This document shows positions 29,496 to 39,170 of a stretch of DNA of 64,000 bases, piece by piece. Both the position numbers and the translations under genes were made by a program. How positions within the stretch are numbered: the stretch's first letter is position 1; each line of letters begins with the position of its first letter. The notes under the pieces are model-generated. The model was not told where the DNA came from. It saw nothing but the letters and a program-made list of their open reading frames with translations, and ran no database searches. This DNA comes from an uncultured Flavobacteriaceae bacterium (GTDB taxonomy: Bacteria; Bacteroidota; Bacteroidia; Flavobacteriales; Weeksellaceae): NCBI GenBank assembly GCA_963520375.1, contig CAUQQF010000002.1, positions 12,577 through 76,576 of the forward strand, in the 5' to 3' direction.

Positions 29496-29546
29496 AATAA
29501 TTTCGTTAAAAAACCAATAAAAACATGATTTTTTAACGAAATTATT
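29496..29546 (-). terminator. 18-bp perfect AT-rich inverted repeat downstream of the substrate-binding-protein gene
   Basis: aataatttcgttaaaaaa (29496-29513) pairs with ttttttaacgaaattatt (29529-29546), 15-nt loop. Confidence 0.5.
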
Positions 29547-29577
29547 GAAATTTACACAACTATTCTCAAACAATATT

Positions 29578-30573
29578 CTATTTTCCTCCTTGGTAAAGAA
29601 CTTTATTTAATCTGATGATAAAATCTACATTTCTGACCCCTGGCGAAACATCCGCATAGTTCACTTCATAAATCTGATTATTCTTCACCGCGTTGATATC
29701 CTTCAAGATAGGGTGATTTTTGATGAAATTCGCTTTTTCTTCTGGTGTCATGTTTCTAGACTGTGTATCCGTGATGAAAATCACATCTGGATTTCTATGC
29801 ACCACACTTTCAAAAGACACGAATTCATAAGGAGTTCCTGCATCTTCATAAATATTGATACCTCCTGCCTGACGAACCAAATCCGCTGCTAAAGAAGAGA
29901 AAACCCAAATCCCATTGTTAATAGAAGAAAGTATCATCACTTTTTTCTTTTCGTTTTCAGGTTTAACTACGAATGTTTTTTTAGCCTCAGCAAGTTTGGA
30001 TTTCATTCCCTCTACCACTTCCTTCGCTTTGTCATTTACATTAAAGATTTTTCCCAGCATATAGAAATCTTCATACACAGTTTCTATCGTAGCATTTGGA
30101 GTCTGGATGGTTTTTGGTGTAAATGGCGCTATTCCCTGAGCCAAAAGCTCCTCTGGCGAACCTGTGGATTCTGAGCTAAGGTCTCCATCACTTGAAACAA
30201 AATCCGGCTCTCTAAGCAGGAAAGCCTCTTTGGTCATTTTAAAACTATGTCCTATGAATTTATATTCATCCGAAACTTTCTCATATTCCTTTTCAAATTG
30301 CTTGGAAACAGGTCCTTCCGTAGTTCCCACCACTATTCTATCTCCAAGACCTAATGCCAATAGCATCTCCGTCATATGTGGCGTAAAAAGAGCCGCACGC
30401 TGTGGCGGTGTAGTGATGGTTACTTTTAAATCCCTAGTCCCATCATGATAGGTGTATTCTACTTTTTCCATTTTAGGAGTGTTAGCCTGCGCCTTATTAT
30501 CTACTGATTCTTTCTTCCCTGAGCAAGACAAAACGAGTGCTCCTAGTGCAACTGAACAAAATATTTTATGCAT
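29578..30573 (-). CDS. ABC-transporter substrate-binding lipoprotein (FecB/BtuF-like type)
   Basis: 331 aa. Lipobox-like ALVLSCSG. Two-lobe periplasmic-binding-protein pattern. No permease or ATPase gene nearby. Confidence 0.6.
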   Translation of the reverse strand: MHKIFCSVALGALVLSCSGKKESVDNKAQANTPKMEKVEYTYHDGTRDLKVTITTPPQRAALFTPHMTEMLLALGLGDRIVVGTTEGPVSKQFEKEYEKVSDEYKFIGHSFKMTKEAFLLREPDFVSSDGDLSSESTGSPEELLAQGIAPFTPKTIQTPNATIETVYEDFYMLGKIFNVNDKAKEVVEGMKSKLAEAKKTFVVKPENEKKKVMILSSINNGIWVFSSLAADLVRQAGGINIYEDAGTPYEFVSFESVVHRNPDVIFITDTQSRNMTPEEKANFIKNHPILKDINAVKNNQIYEVNYADVSPGVRNVDFIIRLNKVLYQGGK

Positions 30574-30593
30574 AATTTAAATTTAATTTATCA

Positions 30594-31337
30594 TTATTTA
30601 ACTGCGATAATTCTAAACATCGGTGCATAGGCATTGATTTCCTGATGCTCCTTGTCATAGACCTCATCATTGATATTATAATCAAAAGCCATTTTAGAAA
30701 ACCCTAAATCCAAAAGACAATTAACATCCCATGCAGGTCTTCTCTCCTTGGAAAGAGGAAGCGTTTTTGCGATGTTCTCCATTCGTGCTTCCATTCCATC
30801 TGGCAGGACTTCTTGAAGTTTCTTGTCTGGGTGTTCTTCATGGTATTTATGTAGATTTTCATCAAAAAGATAAGAATACCAGTTGGAGTCAAAATTTATC
30901 ATTTTTCCTCCTTTTTTCAGTACTCTTTTCCATTCTTTGTAAGCATCTTTCGGGTGAGGAAGATTCCAAGTCACATTTCTAGTGACAATCACATCAAATG
31001 TATCGTCCTCAAAAGGCAGCTGTTGTGCATCCAGCAGCTGGAAATTCACCTTCGCTCCGAATTTCTGTGCATTCTGGGTTGCTTGTTCTATCATCCCTTT
31101 GCTGGAATCTACTGCAGACACTTCAAAATTCGGATTTCTTCCCAACAACACCGCGAACATCCCTGGTCCTGTTCCGATGTCTAATATCTTCAAATTCTGG
31201 TTTTTATCAATATCTCCATAGAGAATATTTTCCCAGTTCTGGGCATTGTCTCCATAAAGCTCCTGCAATGTGGAATCACTATATGTTCTGGAGCGCTCTG
31301 TCCAGTAATCTCTGATTATTTCACTTATTTCGCTCAT
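30594..31337 (-). CDS. class I SAM-dependent methyltransferase
   Basis: 247 aa. Motif I ILDIGTGPG, post-I acidic VSAVDSS. Lies 20 nt upstream of the SBP gene on the same strand. Confidence 0.8.
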   Translation of the reverse strand: MSEISEIIRDYWTERSRTYSDSTLQELYGDNAQNWENILYGDIDKNQNLKILDIGTGPGMFAVLLGRNPNFEVSAVDSSKGMIEQATQNAQKFGAKVNFQLLDAQQLPFEDDTFDVIVTRNVTWNLPHPKDAYKEWKRVLKKGGKMINFDSNWYSYLFDENLHKYHEEHPDKKLQEVLPDGMEARMENIAKTLPLSKERRPAWDVNCLLDLGFSKMAFDYNINDEVYDKEHQEINAYAPMFRIIAVK

Positions 31338-31457
31338 ATTCTTTTATTTAGTGTTAAAAAAGTGTAATTTGTTAGCAAAATTAATAATAAAAACCATACG
31401 ACGATGATTTCAAATACTGATATTTATCACAAAGTTTTATAAAAATACATGTTCATA

Positions 31458-31496
31458 AAATAAAAATTCCTCTCAGCTTTTCGACTAAGAGGAATT
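31458..31496 (-). terminator. rho-independent terminator after tsf
   Basis: 9-bp stem aattcctct/agaggaatt. A T-run follows on the minus strand. Confidence 0.65.
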
Positions 31497-31517
31497 GGGT
31501 AAAATTTATAATTTTAA

Positions 31518-32486
31518 TTAAAGAGAAACTCTTACGAATCTTACTACTTCAAGATCTGGGTTTACAGATTTCACATATTGAGAAACTTTCATGTCTCCGT
31601 CTTTGATGTAGTTTTGGTCAAGCAATGCTTTTTCTTGGTCTAGAGAAGTGTTATCACTGATGAATCTCTGAACTTTACCAGGTAAGATTTTATCCCAGAT
31701 TTGTTCTGGCTTACCTTCAGCTTTCAATTCAGCTTTTGCATCTTCTTCTGCTTGTTTTAGAACTTGCTCTGTCAATTGTGCATAAGAAACATATTTAGGA
31801 ACATTTTTCAATGGTTTTCCAAGTCTTACAAGCTCCTCGTTATCTTTCTCGATTGCTGCAATTCTTGCGTCTGTTTCTGCTGCTATAAACTCAGGAGAAA
31901 AATCTTTGTAAGAAAGAACTTCTGGGCTCATAGATGCTACCTGCATACTGATGTTTCTTGCTGCTTCTGCTGCTCCATCTACTTTAGCAGACAATGCTGT
32001 GATAGCTGCGATTTTGTTTCCTGCGTGGATATAAGCCGCCAAGAAAGGTCCTTCGATTCTTTCAAATGCACCGATTTCTATTTTCTCTCCGATAACTCCT
32101 GTCTGCTCGATAAGTTTTTCAGCAACTGTAATTCCGTGGAAATCAGAAGCCAAGAACTCTTCTTTAGAAGCGTAGTTCATTGCTTGTTCTGCTAATTCGT
32201 AAGCCAATTCTACGAAAGCATCATTTTTAGCAACGAAGTCAGTTTCGCAGTTTAGAGAGATGATAGCACCTAGTGTGTTATCCTCGTTTACTCTTGCGAT
32301 TACAGCACCTTCAGTAGATTCTCTATCTGCTCTATTTGCTGCGATTTTTTGTCCTTTTTTTCTAAGGATTTCGATGGCTTTTTCAAAATCCCCTTCAGCT
32401 TCTACCAAAGCTTTTTTGCAGTCCATCATTCCTGCACCTGTTGTGTTTCTTAGTTTAGCTACATCTGCTGCTACTGGTGTATACAT
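31518..32486 (-). CDS. tsf: translation elongation factor Ts
   Basis: Start taken at MYTPVAADVAKLRNTTGAGMMDCKKAL (ATG 32486). The track ORF extends 17 codons further upstream but would overlap the -7 box. Confidence 0.92.
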   Translation of the reverse strand: MYTPVAADVAKLRNTTGAGMMDCKKALVEAEGDFEKAIEILRKKGQKIAANRADRESTEGAVIARVNEDNTLGAIISLNCETDFVAKNDAFVELAYELAEQAMNYASKEEFLASDFHGITVAEKLIEQTGVIGEKIEIGAFERIEGPFLAAYIHAGNKIAAITALSAKVDGAAEAARNISMQVASMSPEVLSYKDFSPEFIAAETDARIAAIEKDNEELVRLGKPLKNVPKYVSYAQLTEQVLKQAEEDAKAELKAEGKPEQIWDKILPGKVQRFISDNTSLDQEKALLDQNYIKDGDMKVSQYVKSVNPDLEVVRFVRVSL

Positions 32487-32526
32487 AATTATAATATTTT
32501 TTATATTTTTGTAATTAATTAATTGG

Positions 32527-32534
32527 CAAAGATA
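32527..32534 (-). promoter_or_regulatory. Bacteroidota-type -7 box (TATCTTTG on minus strand) for tsf
   Basis: Plus-strand caaagata is TATCTTTG on the minus strand, about 40 nt upstream of the tsf ATG. Confidence 0.5.
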
Positions 32535-32549
32535 CAAATTTTTATAAAG

Positions 32550-33062
32550 ATGAAAAAAACCATTTTACTTCTTTTTGGATTTCTGTCCGCAGGTATGTTC
32601 GCTCAGTCCCAATATACCGTAGAACAGACAGAAAAATCCAACGACCCGAAGGTAGTTGCAAATTTCATTGTAAACTATCCTACCCACCCTAAAACTCCGG
32701 AATTCAAAAGGAAATTAGCCCGTTTAAGTGTCAGCAGTTCTTCCTCGTACACTTCGACTTCTCACCAACCTCAAAGCAACCACAGAAGCCACCAAGAGAC
32801 GGCCGAAGAAGCTACTAGAATACTCAATGGAAGCAGCAAGGGAAATAGTGCATATGTAACTGTGAAGAATCTGTCAAAATGCCCTATTGTAGTAAATTTC
32901 GCAGGGAAAAGCAGTTATAATATCAGTGTCCCTGCAAACTCTACAGGAAGAATGTCTTTAAACAAAGGTTCATATACTATTTCTTCCGTAATATGTGGAG
33001 GAAAATACCAACAATCAAGAACCATCAATGCTGATTATCAATTAACATTAGGTGTAAGATAA
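32550..33062 (+). CDS. hypothetical secreted protein with Ser-rich linker
   Basis: Start taken at MKKTILLLFGFLSAGMFAQ. Ser/Thr-rich low-complexity middle and a beta-rich C-domain. Confidence 0.6.
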   Translation: MKKTILLLFGFLSAGMFAQSQYTVEQTEKSNDPKVVANFIVNYPTHPKTPEFKRKLARLSVSSSSSYTSTSHQPQSNHRSHQETAEEATRILNGSSKGNSAYVTVKNLSKCPIVVNFAGKSSYNISVPANSTGRMSLNKGSYTISSVICGGKYQQSRTINADYQLTLGVR

Positions 33063-33067
33063 AAAAT

Positions 33068-33098
33068 AAAAAAGCTGGAAAATTTTCCAGCTTTTTTA
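33068..33098. terminator. bidirectional rho-independent terminator
   Basis: aaaagctggaaaattttccagctttt, a perfect palindrome between convergent genes. Confidence 0.8.
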
Positions 33099-33103
33099 TT
33101 TAA

Positions 33104-34060
33104 TTATCCTTTGTATTGTCCCATTGCTACAAATTTTTCTTGTCTTTGTGTAGCAAGTTCATCTTCAGTAAAGCCTTTATATGCTTTTATATTTTTTAAA
33201 ATCGTATCTTTTACATTAGCAAATGCTTCTGTTGGGTCGTAGTGTGCTCCTCCAAGCGGTTCAGTGATGATGCCGTCTATTAACTTTTCTTTCAGCATAT
33301 CTTGCGCTGTAAGTTTCAGTGTATCAGCAGCAGTTTCTTTGTATTCCCAGCTTCTCCAAAGAATAGAAGAACATGACTCCGGCGAAATCACTGAATACCA
33401 AGTATTTTCCATCATATAGACCTTATTCCCTACACCTATTCCCAGAGCTCCTCCACTAGCTCCCTCACCGATAACGATAGCAATTACAGGAACTTTCAGA
33501 AGACTCATCTCAAAAATATTTCTTGCAATAGCCTCTCCTTGTCCTCTTTCCTCCGCCTCAAGACCAGGATAAGCGCCAGGAGTGTCTATTAGAGTCACGA
33601 TAGGCATATTAAATTTCTCTGCCAACTTCATCAATCTCAGCGCCTTACGGTATCCATCAGGATTAGACATTCCGAATCTTCTGTATTGTCTTTCCTTCGT
33701 GGTTCTTCCCTTTTGTGTCCCAATAACCATCACGCTTTGACCATTTATCTTTATCATCGCTCCTATCATCGCTGGGTCATCCGCGAAACATCTATCGCCA
33801 TGAAGCTCCACAACACTGCCCTCATCTGCTATTCCGTGGATATAGTCCAATGTATAGGGTCTGTCTGGATGGCGGGAAAGCTGCACTCTCTGCCATGGTG
33901 TAAGGTTGCCATAGATTTTCTTTTTAGTCTTGATGATTTTTTCTTCTATCTGTTTGCAAGTTGCTGAAACATCCACTCCACTTTCTTCACCTACGATGGC
34001 GCATTTTTCATATTGTTCCATCAACTCTTTTATCGGTTGTTCAAAATCCAAGTATTCCAT
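33104..34060 (-). CDS. accA: acetyl-CoA carboxylase carboxyltransferase subunit alpha
   Basis: Start taken at [13 protein letters not shown]. Motifs DTPGAYPG and [10 protein letters not shown]. Confidence 0.93.
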   Translation of the reverse strand: MEYLDFEQPIKELMEQYEKCAIVGEESGVDVSATCKQIEEKIIKTKKKIYGNLTPWQRVQLSRHPDRPYTLDYIHGIADEGSVVELHGDRCFADDPAMIGAMIKINGQSVMVIGTQKGRTTKERQYRRFGMSNPDGYRKALRLMKLAEKFNMPIVTLIDTPGAYPGLEAEERGQGEAIARNIFEMSLLKVPVIAIVIGEGASGGALGIGVGNKVYMMENTWYSVISPESCSSILWRSWEYKETAADTLKLTAQDMLKEKLIDGIITEPLGGAHYDPTEAFANVKDTILKNIKAYKGFTEDELATQRQEKFVAMGQYKG

Positions 34061-34126
34061 ATTTCTAATTTTGAATAATATTTGAGTTTTCAAAAATACT
34101 AATAAATTTAAAAATCAAATATGAAT

Positions 34127-35641
34127 TTATTTTTTTTGAGTTTCTATCAATTTCTTGATTCGTTCTATCGTTTTTTCTTTTCCTATAATATTCATGATAT
34201 CAGGAACATCTGGCCCTTTCAGTTCTCCCACCAAAGCCAAACGCAGCGGCATCATCACTTTACCCATTCCTAATTCTTTTTCGGCAGCGAAATCATGAAT
34301 AAGATTTTTAAGAACCTCCGATTGGAAATCTGTATTTTCTAATTTCTGTGCAAACTCCGCAAGAAGATCTCCTGTGGTATCTGCCCACGCTTTTTTGATG
34401 GCTTTTTCATCATAATCTGCTGGTGTAGAGAAGAAAAACCGCCCTTGTTCATAGATATCTTTCACGAAAACCGCTCTTTCTTTCATCAGCCCAATAATTG
34501 TAATCAACTTATCATCGCTGACACCAGAAGTTTTCACTGCTTCTATTTCTTTAAATAAAACTAGCAGTTCATCATCTGTTTTCATTTTAAGATATTGGCT
34601 GTTAAACCATTCTGCTTTTTCTTTGCTGAATCTCGCTCCAGATTTATGAACTTTATACAGATTAAATTCCTGAATCATCTCTTCTAATGACAAGATTTCT
34701 TTATCATCAGACGGCGACCAGCCCAAAAGTGCCAAGAAATTAACAAACGCTTCTGGGAAATAGCCTTCCTCACGATATCCTTTGGATACAGCGCCTGTTT
34801 CTTTATCAGTAAAATTCAACGGAAATACAGGAAACCCGAATTTATCGCCATCTCTTTTGCTGAGTTTTCCTTTTCCTTCTGGTTTTAGTATTAGTGGCAA
34901 ATGCGCAAATTCTGGTGCTTTCCAGCCCATAGCTTCGTATAACAATACATGCAGAGCCATTGATGGGAGCCATTCCTCTCCACGGATTACATTGGTAATC
35001 TGCATCTCGTGGTCATCAATGATATTTGCGAAATGATAAGTTGGCATTCCATCTTGTTTCACCAAAACCTTATCATCCAGAGTATCAGTATTTACGCTGA
35101 AATTTCCGCGGATAATATCGCTAAGCTCCATCACTCGGTTTTCTGGCATTTTAAACCTAACCACGAAAGGAACTTTTTCAGCCAAAAGCTTTTCTACCTC
35201 ATCTTTTGAAAGTGCGATGCTGTTTCTCAGGCTGTTTCTAGTAACATTATTATAAGAAAAAACCTCTCCTTTAGCCTCGTATTCCAATCTGATTTTATCA
35301 AGCTCTTCTGGAGTATCAAACGCTAAATAAGCATAATCCGTTTTTAGAATTTCCTCAGTATATTTATCATAGATTTCTCTCCTTTCAGACTGTCTGTATG
35401 GTGCATATGGTCCTCCTTTTTTAGGGCTTTCCACAGGCTGTATTCCTAGCCAATCCAGTGCCTCCATGATGTAGTCTTCTGCTCCCTCCACATAGCGGGC
35501 AGTATCTGTATCTTCTATTCTTAAAATAAAATCTCCTCCTTGGCTTTTAGCAAAAAGGTAATTGTATAATGCTGTTCTCACTCCACCAAGATGCAGAGGG
35601 CCCGTAGGACTCGGTGCAAAACGAACACGAATTTTACTCAT
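34127..35641 (-). CDS. gltX: glutamate--tRNA ligase
   Basis: 504 aa. RFAPSPTGPLHLGG (HIGH-type) and KLSKR (KMSKS-type). Confidence 0.95.
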   Translation of the reverse strand: MSKIRVRFAPSPTGPLHLGGVRTALYNYLFAKSQGGDFILRIEDTDTARYVEGAEDYIMEALDWLGIQPVESPKKGGPYAPYRQSERREIYDKYTEEILKTDYAYLAFDTPEELDKIRLEYEAKGEVFSYNNVTRNSLRNSIALSKDEVEKLLAEKVPFVVRFKMPENRVMELSDIIRGNFSVNTDTLDDKVLVKQDGMPTYHFANIIDDHEMQITNVIRGEEWLPSMALHVLLYEAMGWKAPEFAHLPLILKPEGKGKLSKRDGDKFGFPVFPLNFTDKETGAVSKGYREEGYFPEAFVNFLALLGWSPSDDKEILSLEEMIQEFNLYKVHKSGARFSKEKAEWFNSQYLKMKTDDELLVLFKEIEAVKTSGVSDDKLITIIGLMKERAVFVKDIYEQGRFFFSTPADYDEKAIKKAWADTTGDLLAEFAQKLENTDFQSEVLKNLIHDFAAEKELGMGKVMMPLRLALVGELKGPDVPDIMNIIGKEKTIERIKKLIETQKK

Positions 35642-35685
35642 CTTTTAAAACTTTGGGCGCAAAGATAAGAATTTACCCATAAAAA

Positions 35686-35714
35686 ATAGCCACTTCTTTT
35701 TCAGAAGTGGCTAT
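35686..35714 (-). terminator. rho-independent terminator
   Basis: atagccacttct-ttttc-agaagtggctat. A T-run follows on the minus strand. Confidence 0.75.
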
Positions 35715-35739
35715 CTATAATAAACAATAAAATCTATTT

Positions 35740-36000
35740 CTATGGATTTACAGGATGTTCCTCCTTTTTATCCTCTGATTCCTTTTGTTTTGGCTGTTCT
35801 TTATCCACTGAAGGATGACTTCCACTTTCATGAGCAACAGGAACAGCGTGTTCTGCTTCATTAGGCTGAGCTGATTTCTTAGGTGATTGTTTAGCCGTTT
35901 TCTTAGAAGGCTCAGCTTTCTTTTTTGATGGAGTAGACTGTGCGTTTACTGCGAATGTTCCTAACGCAAGGAATAAACTTGCAAAAACTAACTTTTTCAT
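35740..36000 (-). CDS. hypothetical small secreted Lys/Pro/Glu-rich protein
   Basis: 86 aa. Signal peptide MKKLVFASLFLALGTFAVNAQ, then low-complexity sequence. Confidence 0.5.
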   Translation of the reverse strand: MKKLVFASLFLALGTFAVNAQSTPSKKKAEPSKKTAKQSPKKSAQPNEAEHAVPVAHESGSHPSVDKEQPKQKESEDKKEEHPVNP

Positions 36001-36154
36001 AATTCTTAAAAATTTAATTGGTTACTAATATCAAAAACGAGCATTTATTAATGATATTATATCAAATTTGTATTTTAACTAATTTTTTATACAATTTAAC
36101 ATCATTTAACTAATTAAATTTAGTTTTTATTGAAAAAAGTTAAATTTAAAGTTT

Positions 36155-36868
36155 TTATTCAAAAAGTATGCTTGTATCCTGCAAAACAGATACTGTCCCA
36201 TCTTCACAACGGATAGCCTGTCCTGGGAAGTTTTGTATCAAATGATAATCATGCGTAGCCATCAGCACTGCACAATTTCTCTCCTCAGACACTTGTCTTA
36301 GCAAAGTCATAATATCATTAGAAGTCTCTGGGTCTAGGTTTCCCGTAGGCTCGTCCGCCAAGATAAGCTCGGGGTGATTCAGCAAAGCTCTTGCTATAGC
36401 TACACGCTGCTGCTCTCCACCAGACAATTCGTGAGGCATTTTGTGTTTTTTGGTTTTCATTCCTACACTGCTGAGAACATCATCTATTCTTTCCTCCATC
36501 AGGTTTTTATCCTTCCAGCCCGTAGCTTCTAAAACGAACAGAAGATTTTTCTCTACCGTTCTATCCATAAGCAACTGGAAATCTTGGAAAATAATTCCCA
36601 GTTTTCTTCTCAAATCAGGAATGCGGGATACTTTTAGTTTTGTCAAATCAAATCCAACCACCTCTCCTTCTCCCTCGCGGAGTGGAAGATGCCCATAAAG
36701 AACCTTGAGAAGGCTACTTTTTCCAGAACCTGTTTTCCCAATGAGATAATTAAACTTACCTTTTTTTATGGTCAAATTAACATTAGAAAGAACTGTAAAA
36801 TTCTTCTGAACTATTTTTACATCTCTCAGAGAGATGACATTGTCGCCGTATGTGCTTTTTTGTGACAT
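36155..36868 (-). CDS. ftsE: cell-division ABC ATPase FtsE-like
   Basis: 237 aa. Walker A GKTGSGKSS, signature LSGGEQQRVAIARAL, Walker B LILADEPTGNLD. Confidence 0.8.
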   Translation of the reverse strand: MSQKSTYGDNVISLRDVKIVQKNFTVLSNVNLTIKKGKFNYLIGKTGSGKSSLLKVLYGHLPLREGEGEVVGFDLTKLKVSRIPDLRRKLGIIFQDFQLLMDRTVEKNLLFVLEATGWKDKNLMEERIDDVLSSVGMKTKKHKMPHELSGGEQQRVAIARALLNHPELILADEPTGNLDPETSNDIMTLLRQVSEERNCAVLMATHDYHLIQNFPGQAIRCEDGTVSVLQDTSILFE

Positions 36869-36933
36869 AATATTTTAAGAAAATTCAATCCACTAAAATA
36901 AAAAAACTTCCTCCATTGTAATGACAATAGAGG

Positions 36934-38283
36934 TTAAACTTTTGTTAAAAATTCCTCAAAAGAACTAGAAACCACTACATTCCCTTCTTTTGAAATTTTT
37001 TCTAATTTCACTCTTTCTACTTTATTCACGGACTTCTTGTCATATGGTTTTTGGACTCTGACATAGTTATCCGTAAAGCCAAACATCATTCCGTTTTTCT
37101 CCTCATGCTCCCAAAGAACAGGCAGAACTTTCCCTAGCTGTGTTTGGTAGAAAGCCATTTTTTTCTTCTCAGAAAGAATTCTGAGCATTTTATTCCTTCT
37201 CTTTCTCTCCGAAATAGGAACCACGCCCTCCATGCTAACCGCCTCCGTATTGTCCCTTTCAGAATATGTAAATACATGCAGGTAGCTGATTGGCAACTCC
37301 GCTAAAAAGTTATAAGTTTCCAAGAACTTCTCCTCGGTCTCACCTGGGAAACCTACGATTACATCCACACCGATAGCTGCATCAGGCAGGATTTCCCTTA
37401 TCTTATTCACTCTGCTGGTATAGAGAGCTGTGAGATAACGACGTTTCATTTTTTTCAAAATCTCATCTGAACCCGACTGCAATGGAATATGAAAATGCGG
37501 CACAAAACTCTTGCTCTTCGCTACAAGTTCTATGGTTTCATCTTTCAGCAAATTAGGCTCTATGGAAGAAATTCGGATTCGTTCGATGCCATCCACTTCA
37601 TTCAGCGCTGTCACTAAATCCAAAAATGTATGTTCATGTTTTTTATTCCCAAATTCACCCTTTCCGTAATCACCAATATTCACTCCCGTGAGGACAATTT
37701 CCTTAATATCCTGCTGGGCAATCTGCTGGGCATTTTTGACAATATTTTCTATCGTATCAGAACGAGAAATCCCTCTTGCCATAGGAATTGTACAATAGGT
37801 ACATTTGTAATCACATCCATCCTGAACTTTCAGAAAGGCGCGAGTCCTGTCTCCAATAGAATAAGAACCTATAAAGAAATCTGCATCTTCTATTTCACAA
37901 GAGTGAACCTGTGCTGAACTTTCGGACTTCCTTAAATCATCAAGGAAATTAAGTAAATTAAATTTCTCCTTTGCTCCTAAAACCAAATCCACACCTTCTA
38001 TTGCGGATATTTCCTCTGGTTTCAGCTGTGCATAACATCCCAAGACCACCACCAGACCATCTGGATTGGCTTTCACTGCTCGTTTCACATGAAACTTGCA
38101 CTCTTTATCGGCATTATCCGTTACCGAACATGTGTTGATTACATAAACTTGCGCAGGGTCATCGAACTCCACTTTCTCATATCCCGCCCCTATAAGCTGG
38201 CGCGCAATAGTAGATGTTTCTGCAAAATTAAGCTTACACCCGAGTGTATGAAATGCTACTGTTTTCGGACTTGTATTTGTCAT
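36934..38283 (-). CDS. mtaB: tRNA (t6A37) methylthiotransferase MtaB
   Basis: 449 aa. N-terminal VAFHTLGCKLNFAE, radical-SAM CDYKCTYC, C-terminal TRAM-length region. Confidence 0.85.
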   Translation of the reverse strand: MTNTSPKTVAFHTLGCKLNFAETSTIARQLIGAGYEKVEFDDPAQVYVINTCSVTDNADKECKFHVKRAVKANPDGLVVVLGCYAQLKPEEISAIEGVDLVLGAKEKFNLLNFLDDLRKSESSAQVHSCEIEDADFFIGSYSIGDRTRAFLKVQDGCDYKCTYCTIPMARGISRSDTIENIVKNAQQIAQQDIKEIVLTGVNIGDYGKGEFGNKKHEHTFLDLVTALNEVDGIERIRISSIEPNLLKDETIELVAKSKSFVPHFHIPLQSGSDEILKKMKRRYLTALYTSRVNKIREILPDAAIGVDVIVGFPGETEEKFLETYNFLAELPISYLHVFTYSERDNTEAVSMEGVVPISERKRRNKMLRILSEKKKMAFYQTQLGKVLPVLWEHEEKNGMMFGFTDNYVRVQKPYDKKSVNKVERVKLEKISKEGNVVVSSSFEEFLTKV

Positions 38284-38314
38284 AAATAATCTGAAAACCG
38301 CAAAGGTATGAAAT

Positions 38315-39055
38315 TTATCTAATATTGTAGGAGAGCTTCATGGTGATGTTGGCGGTCTTCTTTTTAGAAGATGTATTGAACGAACCTCCCCAAGAATAGT
38401 CCTCTGAAGAATTCTGCGCAATAATTTGGAAAACTCCCATTTCAGATTTTTTCAAATCACCAAGTTTTGCTCCTGCGTTTTCTGCGATTTTTTCAGCACG
38501 AAGTTTTGCATCTTTGGTCGCTTCTGCTATCATTTTTAGTTTTAACTCAGCTAGTTTAGTATAGTAATATTCTGGCTGATCAGAATACAGCTCTACACCA
38601 GAATTGATAAGCTCAGTAACTTGGCGTGAGATGTTCTCTATTTTTTCCACTTCTTTACTCTCCACCTGTACATTCTGTTTCAGAGTATATCCTGTAAACA
38701 CTTCCGAACGAACATTCTGATACTCATCATAAGTTCTATCAAAATCTTTAGAAATTTCTACCGAAGAAAACACGATTTCTTTTTCTTTCACGCCTTTAGA
38801 CAATAGATAATTTTTGAGAGCATCCCTGTCTTTTTCTAATGAAGCATAGGCAGTTTTCAAATCCGCACTTTTCTTTGTAAAAGAACTATTCCATACAATA
38901 AGGTCGGACTCAAAGTCCTTACTCCCAAGCCCTGTAACATTGATAGTGTCATTATTTGAGTTTCTATTTTTAAAAGCATTAGCAGCCAAAAAAGTAGAAA
39001 AAACTATTGCAACTGAAACAATAATCAACCCAATGTAATTTTTTATTTTGTCCAT
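38315..39055 (-). CDS. SIMPL (DUF541) domain protein
   Basis: 246 aa. N-terminal TM/signal anchor. Pattern typical of SIMPL periplasmic proteins (INVTGLGSK...). Confidence 0.65.
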   Translation of the reverse strand: MDKIKNYIGLIIVSVAIVFSTFLAANAFKNRNSNNDTINVTGLGSKDFESDLIVWNSSFTKKSADLKTAYASLEKDRDALKNYLLSKGVKEKEIVFSSVEISKDFDRTYDEYQNVRSEVFTGYTLKQNVQVESKEVEKIENISRQVTELINSGVELYSDQPEYYYTKLAELKLKMIAEATKDAKLRAEKIAENAGAKLGDLKKSEMGVFQIIAQNSSEDYSWGGSFNTSSKKKTANITMKLSYNIR

Positions 39056-39132
39056 AATTATAATTTTTTACATTTTATAAAGTTACAAATATTTTTTTGA
39101 TACAAAATATTTTTCTATCTAAAAAATATGTA

Positions 39133-39140
39133 TATCTTTG
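39133..39140 (+). promoter_or_regulatory. Bacteroidota-type -7 box TATCTTTG
   Basis: TAnnTTTG match 31 nt upstream of ATG 39171. Confidence 0.5.
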
Positions 39141-39170
39141 TCCCTGTTTTAAAAATTTAAATTTTATTTT

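Noticed and set aside
29465-29577. Possible glycine riboswitch or leader upstream of the alanine/glycine:cation symporter.
   Set aside because: The region contains only an AT-rich 18-bp perfect hairpin, best explained as the terminator of the upstream gene. None of the conserved GC-rich glycine-riboswitch core is visible.
31338-31517. Possible cobalamin or SAM riboswitch upstream of the methyltransferase/BtuF-like operon.
   Set aside because: The leader is short and AT-rich, with no B12-box-like or SAM-I-like conserved segments. It contains only a -7 box and the tsf terminator.
36001-36154. AT-rich 154-bp intergenic region with a repeated tttaactaatt 11-mer as a regulatory array or ncRNA.
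   Set aside because: There are only two copies in extremely AT-rich sequence and no secondary-structure potential. It is most likely the promoter region of the small secreted-protein gene.
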